Source: a virus (taxonomy: Duplodnaviria > Caudoviricetes). From it: DNA of 64,000 nucleotides. Positions 18,718-28,597 of this stretch are shown in pieces. A program made the translations under genes and the position numbers. The notes under the pieces were generated by a model. The model was given only the letters and a program-made list of their open reading frames with translations. It was not told where the DNA came from and searched no databases. Numbering within the stretch: the stretch's first letter is position 1; each line of letters starts with the position of its first letter. The stretch covers positions 34,780-98,779 of IMG/VR virus record IMGVR_UViG_3300028591_000141; one strand, given 5' to 3'.

Positions 18718-19896
18718 TCAGGCAGAAACGGCAGCGGACAGGACGCAGATACCGGCCGGGTACTTCGGCACGAACGCCATGCGCTCTTCAGCGATGACGG
18801 TCACGCGGTTGTACAGAGCGTCGTCTTCGTTCTGCTCGTAGACCTTAACGGTCGTGCCGCCCTTGCGAGCGATCTGGATGGACTGCTTGCCGGCGCCGAC
18901 AATGACCTTGCCCTGGGTGACATTCGCGTTCTCGTAGATCGGGAGGCCCCAGATGCGGGCGGGCTGAGAATACTCGCCGTTGCCATAGGCATTCTGGAAG
19001 TAGCCGCCGCCGAGATACTGCTGATTGTTATCCTTGGCAGTCAGCAGCGCGTACAGATCCGCGGGGTTCATCAGGACGAAGTCAGCCGCGAAGGGCGTAT
19101 TCTGCTTGATCAGCCTGGCAGCGTACAGGATACCTTCGGCCAGGTTCGCAGCGTCGCCGGTGTTGCCGCCGTCAGTGTAGTCGGCTGTCTGCTTGCCGGA
19201 CAGGCTCAGCAGGGAGGACACGATGCTCGCATTTTCCACGGCGTCCAGTTCGTAGAGAAGGTCATTCTCAACGACGGAGGTCAGGAAGGGAGCATCCTGC
19301 AGGATCTCATCGGATTCCTTCACAAAGCCGGCGATCTTGCCCAGAGCCACAGTGTGAGGGGTGAAACCGGTGGACAGCTGCGGCTTCTTGGCGTTTTCAC
19401 TCACAGCCGCGGGAGCGCCGGCGTCGGGCTTAACCCACGCGTCACGCGTGAAGTAGGTCAGGGCGTTGCCGGAAATGTTCAGGGCGCCGAACAGGTCAGC
19501 GATTTTCGGCCGGCGGGCCATCTTGACGGGGTTCTTGTCGATATCAGCCAGCTGCACGCCGGTGATGGTGTCGGTATAGACGCGATCCTTGAAATTGATC
19601 TCAGCGGACGCGCTCCAGCCTTTGCTGTTCTTGTCAATGGCCTTGGCCTGCTCGATCAGGCTCTGCATGGGATCATTCATGTGTTTTTCCTCACTTTCTT
19701 CGGATTTGGATCCGATCCTTCCGAGAAGCTCGTTCGCTTTCTCGGCTTTTTCGATAGCGCCGGTCAGCTCATCGATGGCCGTCGCAAGTTCTTCGCCGGA
19801 CTTGATGTCTTCCTCATTCCCGGCTTCGATACCGTCCTTCAGGGCGGCCAGGGCGGCTTTTTTCTCCGCCAGCTGCTCTTTAAGGCTCATAGTCAT
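18718..19896 (-). CDS. major capsid protein, HK97 fold
   Basis: N-terminal coiled delta domain; VSENAKKP, KIAGF and AEERMAF motifs. Confidence 0.92.
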   Translation of the reverse strand: MTMSLKEQLAEKKAALAALKDGIEAGNEEDIKSGEELATAIDELTGAIEKAEKANELLGRIGSKSEESEEKHMNDPMQSLIEQAKAIDKNSKGWSASAEINFKDRVYTDTITGVQLADIDKNPVKMARRPKIADLFGALNISGNALTYFTRDAWVKPDAGAPAAVSENAKKPQLSTGFTPHTVALGKIAGFVKESDEILQDAPFLTSVVENDLLYELDAVENASIVSSLLSLSGKQTADYTDGGNTGDAANLAEGILYAARLIKQNTPFAADFVLMNPADLYALLTAKDNNQQYLGGGYFQNAYGNGEYSQPARIWGLPIYENANVTQGKVIVGAGKQSIQIARKGGTTVKVYEQNEDDALYNRVTVIAEERMAFVPKYPAGICVLSAAVSA

Positions 19897-20585
19897 ACCT
19901 CCATAGTCTTGATCCGTTCCAGGAGCGCATCCTTCCGGGAATTGAGCACCTCGGGCTCCTCCGGGACTGCCGCCTCGTTGGCCTTTGACGCTTCCTCTTC
20001 CGTTTCGGACTCTTCCGGTTCGGGTTCTGTATCGTCAAGCTGACCAAGAACATCCCTGATCAGCGTGATCGCCTGCTCCAGCTTCTCAGCGTCAGCCTTG
20101 CTGTTCCGCCTGCCGGACTTGATCTCAGTGACTTCCGCGCGGGGATTCGCCGGAATCGGCACGATGGAAACCTCGAACAGTTCCAGTTCGCGCAGCTCGT
20201 TCGCCTTTGTTCCGTCCTCCAGCTCCACCTGGGCGGCCTTTTTGACCTCATAGGCGAAGCTGAACTGGTAAACACACCCGGACAGGACCAGCGCCCGCTT
20301 TTCCTGGGCGAGAGGCGTATCAAAAAAGCTCGCTGTCATCAGCGGGCCTTTTTCGGTATCCTCAATGTTGTCCACTGTCCCGATGATCTGATCGAGATCG
20401 TGGTTCCAGCAGAGCGGGAACGGGTGACCGGATTCCTTCCGAGCCTTCAGCGTTTCAGTAAACGCCCCTGGCGCGATCACATCGCCGTAACTGTCCGGGA
20501 TCCTGTCGTATGTGCTGAAATATCCGGAGATCGTGCCGGCGTCCCCTGCTTTGACTTCTCCGTAACTCTTGAAAAGTCTGTCCAT
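19893..20585 (-). CDS. HK97-family prohead protease
   Basis: DSYGDVIAPGAF, LCWNHD and LFEVSIVPIPANP motifs. Confidence 0.92.
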   Translation of the reverse strand: MDRLFKSYGEVKAGDAGTISGYFSTYDRIPDSYGDVIAPGAFTETLKARKESGHPFPLCWNHDLDQIIGTVDNIEDTEKGPLMTASFFDTPLAQEKRALVLSGCVYQFSFAYEVKKAAQVELEDGTKANELRELELFEVSIVPIPANPRAEVTEIKSGRRNSKADAEKLEQAITLIRDVLGQLDDTEPEPEESETEEEASKANEAAVPEEPEVLNSRKDALLERIKTMEV

Positions 20586-20586
20586 G

Positions 20587-22548
20587 TTATCCCTCCTGTA
20601 TTACAATTTCGGTCGAACAGTTGCAGTTGCAGGTCCCATCAGGCCCGAGGATGTCATCCCCCGGCCAGTCAGCGCCGTTTGAGAATCTGTCATCAATTCC
20701 GACCATCTCGCCGTCCATCATCGCGTGCTCCGGGCGCGGATTGTCGCCGGTTACCCAAACCTTAGAAATTGTTTTCCTGAAGCCCTGGCGCTCAGACTGA
20801 TGGCAAGCCTCCTGCGTGGCCCAGCTGGCCACCGCCGTCGCGACGGAGCGCCCGAGCATACTGGACTCCGTTTCTTCGCGTTTCTTCATGGCATCCGCCG
20901 GAGACTCACTGTCCTCATCATCCGGATCGTAATTGTCCTGGACTTCCTGCAGCTTCTTTTTCGTCTTGTTGTTTGTCGCCTTTGCCCGTCCTTCAGCCAT
21001 CGCCCGGATGAAAGCCACCGTGGCGTCCATATAGTAGTTGACGCCCAGGATGCCGGCAGTCTCTTCACCGTGCGCTCTGTTCACCACGTTCATGACCGGC
21101 TCAAGGTCATCCGCCAGTTCTTTGTTCCAGCGTTTTTCGTCGAACCAGTCCGGGTTGCCGGCGCCCAGTTTCGGCAGGATGCTGTTCCCCTGGCGCTTGA
21201 AAAACTTTTTCAGCACGTCAGCGATCAGTTCGTCTTCTTCCTTTGTGGAGCGTCCTTTGACACGGATCTCATAAGATTTGCACTCAGGGCACCCGCAAGC
21301 GGCAGAACGAATCGGCACCGGTTCTTCCGGGGTGGATTCCGTTGCCATTTCGTTTCCCGTGCTAAGGTTCAGCGGAACGATGATGTCGTCACCGCCATCG
21401 ATCGGAGGCAGATTGTTGTCCGCTCTGGCCTCGTTCCGCGTCATCCACGGCCCCCCAACGGCTGCCTGCAGGATCGCGGCGCGTTCCTCGAAGGATCCCT
21501 TCAGTTTTTCCGTCAGGTCAAACTCGACATACAGATCAGGATCCGCGCCGATCATCGGCAGCAAGAAAGAGTTAATCCGCTGCTGGATCATCTGCAGATC
21601 CGGCCCGAGGCACTCCGCATACAGCGCGCGGCTGTTATCCTTGGCGCTCGCGTAGGTCTGTGTGTCCGTATGCCACACAAGGGAAGGATTGATCCTGTAT
21701 GCAGCTGCCACGGCCTCCCTGGACAGCTTGATCGATTCAGCCCACTGCTGCTCTTTGAACGACGTTGAGAACGGTTTGATCTCCATGCCGTCCTCGAGCA
21801 GCGGAATTGATCCGGCTTTGCTTCCACCGGCGCCCCAGGCTTCACGGAACGCGGTTATCCAGCGCTTTTTCGTTTCCTCATCCCACGGCTGCACATCTTT
21901 CGGCCTGATAATCTGTGCATTCAGCCGCCCGGATGATTTCCACAGTTCCTTCCGGAACCGCCCAGCCTGGATCTGTTCTTCCAGCGTCTGCCGGAGTGCG
22001 GAAACCGGACTGACATACCCGCCCGGATTGCCAGGAGAATACGTGTTAAACCGCACGAACTCACTCGACGGGATCTCGATCTGGTTCCCGGACTGCGTCC
22101 GCACGGTGATGCTCTCGGGGCCGTATGCGTTTACCTTGTTCGTCTGTGTGACCCATTCCGTCGGAACGATCCGCAGCTGATACCCTGAGTCGCTTTCAGC
22201 GTCCGGAAGGACCCACACATACACGCAACCAAACACGAAGTACTCCGTCGCGATCGCCCGGATGAATTCATACTCCGTCTGATCGCTGTTCGGGCGCCAT
22301 AGTAAAAGCGCGGCCGTGCTTGTCCGGTCGCGCTCCCTGTCAGTTTCACCTTTTCGCCTGTAGACCTTCAGCGGCAGCTGAGCGATACTGTTCGCCAGGA
22401 AATTGACAACCGCTGACAGGTTGTCCTGGCTGTTGTAAAGCTGCCGCGCCGTATAATTCAAGACATTCGACGGCGCGTCAGGCCCCAGATATACCTGGTA
22501 GACATTCGGCTTAAACAATGTCCGCCAGCGTTCCACAATTCCAGGCAT
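20587..22548 (-). CDS. HK97-family portal fused to a MuF-like minor head domain
   Basis: Portal motifs (IAQLPLKVY, MTRNEARADNNLPPIDGGD) plus C-terminal KVWVT..PRPEH..DG...CNCNC. Confidence 0.85.
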   Translation of the reverse strand: MPGIVERWRTLFKPNVYQVYLGPDAPSNVLNYTARQLYNSQDNLSAVVNFLANSIAQLPLKVYRRKGETDRERDRTSTAALLLWRPNSDQTEYEFIRAIATEYFVFGCVYVWVLPDAESDSGYQLRIVPTEWVTQTNKVNAYGPESITVRTQSGNQIEIPSSEFVRFNTYSPGNPGGYVSPVSALRQTLEEQIQAGRFRKELWKSSGRLNAQIIRPKDVQPWDEETKKRWITAFREAWGAGGSKAGSIPLLEDGMEIKPFSTSFKEQQWAESIKLSREAVAAAYRINPSLVWHTDTQTYASAKDNSRALYAECLGPDLQMIQQRINSFLLPMIGADPDLYVEFDLTEKLKGSFEERAAILQAAVGGPWMTRNEARADNNLPPIDGGDDIIVPLNLSTGNEMATESTPEEPVPIRSAACGCPECKSYEIRVKGRSTKEEDELIADVLKKFFKRQGNSILPKLGAGNPDWFDEKRWNKELADDLEPVMNVVNRAHGEETAGILGVNYYMDATVAFIRAMAEGRAKATNNKTKKKLQEVQDNYDPDDEDSESPADAMKKREETESSMLGRSVATAVASWATQEACHQSERQGFRKTISKVWVTGDNPRPEHAMMDGEMVGIDDRFSNGADWPGDDILGPDGTCNCNCSTEIVIQEG

Positions 22549-23630
22549 TATCTCGCCTCCACTTCCTCGACCAGCTCGGCCAGCCTGTAACCCGTCGGGT
22601 TATCTCCAAGCAGCTGCTGCAGCCGTTCATAGTTTACAATCCACTCTTCGCCCTCCGGAATAATCCGGTGCAGTTTCGCATCATAAATATGATGCTTGGC
22701 ATAATTTTCAGTCGCGCGGACACGGTATCGCTTTCTCATGTGTTCCGCGTAATCTGATTTATCATCTGTCAGCAGTTTCGCCCACTTCGTCGGCCTTGGC
22801 GTCATTCGGAAGTTGAACGTGCCGGCCTTCTCGTAGATCTCGCGGACAGGGACGTTTTTCATGTCCAGCGGCAGCACAAAACCAACAGGATCCTGATCCC
22901 GCATTGACGGTATATCTGTCACGATAACCGGCACTCCCAGACAAAGCGCTTCATAAACCGTGTATGCATACCCCTCATAGTCTGACAGCTGGACAAGGTA
23001 ATCAGCATCCGCGATGAAGTCTGTGATATCATAGCGCGGTTCACGTTTAATAACGTTCGGGTTTTTGAACGGTATCGGCTGATTACTGAACACATCCCAC
23101 CGGAACGGGATTCCCTCATCATCCAGCATTCGAGCGAGCTTTTCCATCCGGCCCGCGCCCTTTTCCGGCGCTAACCGCGTTGCGCTGATCAGGCGGAGGA
23201 CTCTCCTGGGTTCCTCAACAATGATCGGATTATACAAAACATCCGTATGATGCCCGGTCAGTTTCTCAAACTTCGCCGCCGCCGACGGGCTGACAGCATA
23301 GTAATGTGTGCCTTCAGGCATATGCGGATCATCCAGCTTTGCCAGGTCATAATCCTGGTGGACAATGTAGTAATATTCATCCGCGTGAAAATACTCCGGG
23401 ACCCCTGGGCACCAATTCATGAAAGCCCGCCTGCACTTGACTTCCTGATGATCCCATTTCACACACCGGACAAATTGTTTCAACCTCTCCAGCTGATGCT
23501 CGTCCGCTTCCCGGTACACAATGACGAAATCCCTGGCAGAAAACATCCTGGCCAACGTATAAGCAAACGTTTCCACGCCGCCGATCCTGGTCAGGTGCCA
23601 GCAGAACATCGCATTACTGCACTCGATCAT
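22548..23630 (-). CDS. glycosyltransferase (GT-B/GT4-like)
   Basis: IGGVET, ATRLAPEKG and EGYAYTVYEALCLGVPVIVTD (EX7E) motifs. Confidence 0.85.
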   Translation of the reverse strand: MIECSNAMFCWHLTRIGGVETFAYTLARMFSARDFVIVYREADEHQLERLKQFVRCVKWDHQEVKCRRAFMNWCPGVPEYFHADEYYYIVHQDYDLAKLDDPHMPEGTHYYAVSPSAAAKFEKLTGHHTDVLYNPIIVEEPRRVLRLISATRLAPEKGAGRMEKLARMLDDEGIPFRWDVFSNQPIPFKNPNVIKREPRYDITDFIADADYLVQLSDYEGYAYTVYEALCLGVPVIVTDIPSMRDQDPVGFVLPLDMKNVPVREIYEKAGTFNFRMTPRPTKWAKLLTDDKSDYAEHMRKRYRVRATENYAKHHIYDAKLHRIIPEGEEWIVNYERLQQLLGDNPTGYRLAELVEEVEAR

Positions 23631-25138
23631 ACAAAAATAACCTCCGCGCCTCTTGCATAAACGCTTTCGTATAGTTTCTTCTGCGGGGCTTCAGCCTGTT
23701 TTGTCAGTCCTGAGAACGCCATGATGCAGGCGAACAGAGGAGCGATATCGTCCGGGCTTTTCAGCCGGTCCGGCAGCTGGACGCCTCCGCCCATCTGCTT
23801 CAGCTGCATCGTGTGCCCGGGCGTATCCATCACCGGCTGCGGCAGGTGATAGATCCGTTTCCCGTCACGATCCGGAAGGCAGGCACAAACACCGTCATAA
23901 AAGCGGCCCCATCCGTTCGACAGGTCCGTCCCTTCAATAGCGATCCGCTCCACGCCCGTGATCGTGCAGATCTGTTCGGCCAGTCCGCCGACCGGTGCGC
24001 CGCGGGACTGGAAAGCCAGCTTCATTTTCCCCTTCAGCGCACGCTGCCGGAACCAGTCAATCGCCCACTCCGTGCCGATCCTCCGGGCTACAAGCTCGAC
24101 GTGCCAGTTGCCATCCTCGCGGAGGCCGCAAGCGCCGATCGACGTCCAGCGCCGGTCCTGTGACAGGTCGATTCCGTAGAAAACCGGCTCTTCCGGCGGG
24201 ATGAATGACTCCGGATCCATGCCGGCATCCCACGCGCCATCTGGAAACGGCGGCGGAAGGATTGTTTCGACCATCTGACACATACATTCGGACCGGAATT
24301 TCGCTTCCGGAAAGGTCGCACGGTTGGCAAGCAGCGCCCGCTCCGTCAGCAGGCCATACCCCATGGCGGGATTCGCCTGGGCCAGCGCGTTCAGGTCGTC
24401 CGTCGCAGCGCCTTCCGGCGCGGACCACTCAAACAGGCCGAGCGTGTTCGTGTCGACGTCGCCGCCGAGGTTCGCCTGCTGGCCGAGCGCCTGGGACCGC
24501 AGCTGCCGGAGGACGATGCTGTCCGGATCGCCAGCATTGCTGAAGCAGACCACAAGGCCATTCGGCTTCGCATTCGTGGACGCCGCCGCTGCGGACCATG
24601 TTTCCCAGTCACGGTGCTCGCGGATCTCGTCCAGCATGACAAAGTCGTTACTGTCACCGCGGCCGGCCCGGCGGGTGGGTGCGCCGACTTTATAGCGCCG
24701 GTTCTCCGTCAGCTCCAGGCTCTTCTTTCCGTTCGTCCGGCTGATCCGCGTGATGTCAGCAGACAACCCCGGGCACTCCTCCTGGTCGCGGATCACGGCC
24801 TCCCAGACTTCCTCAGCCTTTTCGAGGGAGAGGGACGTCCCGAAGATGTTCTCGACCATCATGACGTTAAGGAAGAAAGACGCCAGCACTTCAGAAAGCA
24901 CTGTCTTACCGTTCTGCCGGGAGATCAGGAACATGATCGTCCGGAAGCGGAACTTCCAGTCAGCGCCCAGGGTGCCGGTGATCTCCAGCGCGTGGATCAG
25001 CGCCCACTCCTGCCACGGGTACAAGGTCTTTTTCAGAACCGTCTTCGCGTACTCAATGCAGGCAAACCCGAGCGACGTTTCTTCCGTCAGCTCGCGGAGG
25101 GGCTTTGTGTATAATCGCGGCTCTGTCTTCCCATTCAT
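23627..25138 (-). CDS. terL: terminase large subunit
   Basis: Walker A SRQNGKT, Walker B VMLDEIRE, SNAGD, nuclease YGIDLS. Confidence 0.93.
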   Translation of the reverse strand: MNGKTEPRLYTKPLRELTEETSLGFACIEYAKTVLKKTLYPWQEWALIHALEITGTLGADWKFRFRTIMFLISRQNGKTVLSEVLASFFLNVMMVENIFGTSLSLEKAEEVWEAVIRDQEECPGLSADITRISRTNGKKSLELTENRRYKVGAPTRRAGRGDSNDFVMLDEIREHRDWETWSAAAASTNAKPNGLVVCFSNAGDPDSIVLRQLRSQALGQQANLGGDVDTNTLGLFEWSAPEGAATDDLNALAQANPAMGYGLLTERALLANRATFPEAKFRSECMCQMVETILPPPFPDGAWDAGMDPESFIPPEEPVFYGIDLSQDRRWTSIGACGLREDGNWHVELVARRIGTEWAIDWFRQRALKGKMKLAFQSRGAPVGGLAEQICTITGVERIAIEGTDLSNGWGRFYDGVCACLPDRDGKRIYHLPQPVMDTPGHTMQLKQMGGGVQLPDRLKSPDDIAPLFACIMAFSGLTKQAEAPQKKLYESVYARGAEVIFV

Positions 25139-25413
25139 CTTGCTACCTTGAACCTCGCCCTCAGATCGCTGAGGTTCGTGACCTCTGTGTCCTCGGCGCC
25201 CGTCATGCTCTTCAGGGCAGCCAGCGTCTTCGTGTAGCAGGTCATCAGCTTCTCATAAGCCGGGAAGAACGGGTTCTCTCTGATTCCGCTCTGGCCTCCG
25301 CCGTGATCGTACTCGACTGTCATCGGCTCGTCAGCCAGGCGCTCGCCCTCTGTCAGGATCTTGGCAGCCATAAGCTCCAGTTGATCCCGCAACAGCTTTT
25401 TCTCCTTTTCCAT
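25135..25413 (-). CDS. terS: terminase small subunit (P27-like)
   Basis: GGGQSGIRENP motif; directly upstream of terL. Confidence 0.75.
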   Translation of the reverse strand: MEKEKKLLRDQLELMAAKILTEGERLADEPMTVEYDHGGGQSGIRENPFFPAYEKLMTCYTKTLAALKSMTGAEDTEVTNLSDLRARFKVAR

Positions 25414-25503
25414 GGTTTACACTCCTTTTGAGGGCCCGGAGGGGGAAAAGACTGCCGTCGGTTGGTCTCTTCCGTCAACAAAAGCGCCAAGATTTCTTGG
25501 CCC

Positions 25504-25791
25504 CTACCATATCCGACTACGCATTCCTATGGCGTTTTCGCCATTCGTCCCGTCCCCGCGAGCCCGGTTGCACTTCATGTGCGATGCTAAAATGTTGTTC
25601 AGATCCAGTTCCAGTTCAGGCGCTTTTGCTACCGGTACCAGGTGATCAGGCTCCCAGGAATCCGGAGCTGAAGATGGATCCAGGTGATAATTGATTTCCT
25701 GCCCGCAGATATGACAAACAGCCCGGGCCTTCCGATCACGGTCCCAAGCAAGCCGCCGAACCTGTGGCCACCTTCCTGATCTGCTACTCAA
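25504..25791 (-). CDS. HNH endonuclease (packaging-associated)
   Basis: CHICG...DHLVP...H.KCN; TTG start at 25791 after GGGAGG. Confidence 0.85.
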   Translation of the reverse strand: MSSRSGRWPQVRRLAWDRDRKARAVCHICGQEINYHLDPSSAPDSWEPDHLVPVAKAPELELDLNNILASHMKCNRARGDGTNGENAIGMRSRIW

Positions 25792-25904
25792 TAGCGCCGC
25801 CCTCCCGCGCACGTTGTGGCGCTGTGCGCCCCTCTGCCGGAAGGAGCGAAACCGGCAGCACATCCAAGGAAACATGAATAAACATGAAGAAACATGAAGA
25901 TACG

Positions 25905-25982
25905 AAAAAGCAGCCGGTTGTCTTCGGCTGCTTTTCCACGCTACTATTATACTGATAAGTTTACTGAAATTCACTGAAATAA
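25905..25982 (-). promoter_or_regulatory. putative late promoter with activator repeats
   Basis: ACTGAAAT/ACTGATA direct repeats at 25951, 25963, 25973 beside TATAAT (25951-25946); CAGCCG..CGGCTG hairpin downstream. Confidence 0.5.
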
Positions 25983-25984
25983 AG

Positions 25985-26398
25985 TTATTTACGCACCTTT
26001 TCCGGATACTTCCTCGCCAGCTGATCCTCCGCCCTGCTCAGGTAGTAATAGACAGATCTGTCCGTCCGGCAGATTGCCTCTGCGATGTCTTCCGGGCTGT
26101 AGCACTCAATATAGCGGAGCCGCATCACCGCCCGGTCGTCCGGGTTGTCCAGGTTGTCGATCAGCGGATCCAGCTCTCGCTGCATTTGTTCCAGTTCTCC
26201 CAACGTTTCCCGGTACGCCGCTTTGACTTCATCGATCTTGATAGCGCCTTCTGCGACCTGATCATGCCCGGTTCCACCGTGCGGCATCCCTGTCAGCACC
26301 GACGTGATCTTCGTCGCCCTGGCCATTTCCTTTTCGACCTTCCACCGCGCCTTGATCGTGTAGCGCATCAGCTGGCGCATCCGGTAAAGGTTTACCAT
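25985..26398 (-). CDS. ArpU/RinA-like late transcriptional regulator
   Basis: TSVLTGMPHGG motif; C-terminal sigma-r4-like HTH; upstream of packaging genes. Confidence 0.75.
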   Translation of the reverse strand: MVNLYRMRQLMRYTIKARWKVEKEMARATKITSVLTGMPHGGTGHDQVAEGAIKIDEVKAAYRETLGELEQMQRELDPLIDNLDNPDDRAVMRLRYIECYSPEDIAEAICRTDRSVYYYLSRAEDQLARKYPEKVRK

Positions 26399-26511
26399 GT
26401 AATCACCTCCGATTCATCCAATAGCGTATAGCATACTCAAGCAAAATGTCAGGAAAGCGGCTATTCCAACCGCGATCCAGAAAAAATCGTCCTCCTCAGG
26501 CCATAGGCGTT

Positions 26512-26859
26512 TCATTCCTTCACCTTCTTTTCCCCGTCAGCACAGAACCAATCCGGCGTAACAACAGTCCCGTTTCGTCCGCAGACATTTTCCTGTTCGG
26601 ATGGTATCCTATTGTCTGCAAAATACCAGTGTTTGCAATCCTTGCAGCGGACAACCGGAACAGCATCAATGGTTGGGGAAATGTCTTCATCGAGGAAATA
26701 ATCAATCGTGTCCCCAATATCACAGGCACGGCACGGAGCTTCGCCTATTTCGTAGCAAAAGCGGATTTTCCCGTTCTTCATTCCCTTTCGTCTGTCACAT
26801 TCTTTGCATCTAAACTCTCGCAAATATTTGATCGTTGCATCAGCATCAATCAACCTCAT
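26512..26859 (-). CDS. small Cys-rich phage protein
   Basis: MRLIDADA...PTIDAVPVVRCKDCK...DWFCADG. Confidence 0.7.
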   Translation of the reverse strand: MRLIDADATIKYLREFRCKECDRRKGMKNGKIRFCYEIGEAPCRACDIGDTIDYFLDEDISPTIDAVPVVRCKDCKHWYFADNRIPSEQENVCGRNGTVVTPDWFCADGEKKVKE

Positions 26860-26865
26860 TTCACT

Positions 26866-27093
26866 TCACCAACCTTTACTTTGTCCAGACTTGATGCCCT
26901 TGCACGTTCCTTTTGCAATATCAAGCGCAAGCCTTAATTGCCGTATTTCAGCTTCTTGCTCTTTCAGCATGTCAAGGGCATCAGCATGAAGCAGAAAAAT
27001 ACACTTTGAAGAGTTGATGTCATATTGGCATCCATCGCATGAACCACCTTCTTTACAATTCTCCAACCCTTTGATAACCTTCTCCCTGTCCAT
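26866..27093 (-). CDS. small phage protein, DREKVIKGL family
   Basis: Paralogue of 27483 and 28598 ORFs. Confidence 0.7.
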   Translation of the reverse strand: MDREKVIKGLENCKEGGSCDGCQYDINSSKCIFLLHADALDMLKEQEAEIRQLRLALDIAKGTCKGIKSGQSKGW

Positions 27094-27482
27094 TCACTTC
27101 ACCGCCACTTCTCAATTCCAATCGTCACAACTGTCATTGTCTTCCACAATATCCCCGTTTCGTAAAACACAACAAAGGTATGTATCGTGATATTGGTCTT
27201 CATCGACAAACGCATTTGCACAGGTAAGGCAACAATGTTCTACATCGTTATGATTTGTTATCTTCATACCCAAAAATACTCTCCTATTTTTTCGTTATTC
27301 GCTCCTTTATCGAACTATCTTGTATTCTCAACAAGCGTTTTTTTTCCGCATTTACGGCACACCATAATTCCCCTTGAAAAACTGCCATAAAGTAGCGGAC
27401 TTGCAGGAACATAATCATGCAAACATATAAATCGTCTGAAAATCGTTCGTAAATCCATGTCACAATCCACTCCTTTTCTGAA

Positions 27483-27773
27483 TCAATCCCACTTCACAGG
27501 TCTGCCACAATCATCACAAAACTTTTGCTTGTAATACAATTCTGTTTTGCACTCACACAGATAATTATCGAAACTCGCTCGTTCGCTGTGGTTCATGCGT
27601 TTCGGTTTTACAGGTTCCTGCTCTTTCAGCATGGCAAGGGCATCACGACACATTTTTCTCAAGCAATCAAACCCAAATTTATCTTCTATATACGGGCATT
27701 CTCCGCATATAAAAAAATCTTCGTCCTTTTCGCAACACTCCAACCCTTTGATAACCTTCTCCCTGTCAATCAT
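27483..27773 (-). CDS. small zinc-ribbon protein, DREKVIKGL family
   Basis: MIDREKVIKGLECC...FCDDCGRPVKW. Confidence 0.7.
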   Translation of the reverse strand: MIDREKVIKGLECCEKDEDFFICGECPYIEDKFGFDCLRKMCRDALAMLKEQEPVKPKRMNHSERASFDNYLCECKTELYYKQKFCDDCGRPVKWD

Positions 27774-28002
27774 CGTCCGTTCTCCTTTTCCCGTCTGCGC
27801 AGAACCAATCAGCATTTGGTTTGAATTTCAAGCAATGTTTTTCTCTCATGCTTTCGCAATAACCATCGTCCATGAAACCATAATGGTCAATCAAATACTT
27901 GCATTCCTTGCACCGGACTAATTCTTTTGTTTCAAACGTTTTCGGACTACCATCCCATGCACGTTCTCCCGGTTCGTCAATGTTGACGATCATCGTTTTC
28001 AT
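27766..28002 (-). CDS. small Cys-rich phage protein
   Basis: LVRCKECKY...DWFCADG, shared with the 26512 ORF. Confidence 0.65.
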   Translation of the reverse strand: MKTMIVNIDEPGERAWDGSPKTFETKELVRCKECKYLIDHYGFMDDGYCESMREKHCLKFKPNADWFCADGKRRTDDD

Positions 28003-28009
28003 TTTAACT

Positions 28010-28333
28010 TCACCGACCTTCCCATAGAACAGGCTTTCCGCATTGCCTACAAAACTTTGCATATTCTTTTGCTTTGTCTATTCCATCATAAATGTGATAC
28101 ATATATGCTCCACACGAACCGCAACACCAAACAAAAATACCTTTTTCATCTTGCTTGAATGATGGCTCAACCGCTTCTTGCTCTTTCAGCAGAGCAAAGA
28201 TTTCTTCTGCTTTTGTTAGGCTTATAATCACTTCACTGAAAGATTCAGAGATTACTCTATTCCGCATACACGTTTCAAGATATTCAGCAAGGTTTTCAGC
28301 AACCTTTCTCTTCTCTGGAGCATAATCATACAT
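28010..28333 (-). CDS. small zinc-ribbon protein
   Basis: ALLKEQE...CGSCG...FCRQCGKPV. Confidence 0.65.
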   Translation of the reverse strand: MYDYAPEKRKVAENLAEYLETCMRNRVISESFSEVIISLTKAEEIFALLKEQEAVEPSFKQDEKGIFVWCCGSCGAYMYHIYDGIDKAKEYAKFCRQCGKPVLWEGR

Positions 28334-28348
28334 CCTACTTCACCTACC

Positions 28349-28582
28349 TTACGTATTGCATGGACAATCGTTCGTCCTAAAAGAACACTGCCCATTACAT
28401 AAAGTGTTATACAACTTGCAATACGGAACCGTTGCGCCCATATTCTGTTCCCATTCGACCATGGGACAATTCTTTTGAAGCTCTATTACTTTATTGCGAA
28501 ACGCTAATGTTTCTGGATTAAATGCATTGACTATTGCAGAATTTTGTCCATACAATACAGATAAAATGTCGTTGTTATTCAT
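28349..28582 (-). CDS. small Cys-rich phage protein
   Basis: ORF preceded by the GGTGAAGT motif. Confidence 0.55.
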   Translation of the reverse strand: MNNNDILSVLYGQNSAIVNAFNPETLAFRNKVIELQKNCPMVEWEQNMGATVPYCKLYNTLCNGQCSFRTNDCPCNT

Positions 28583-28597
28583 CCCACTTCACCGCCT

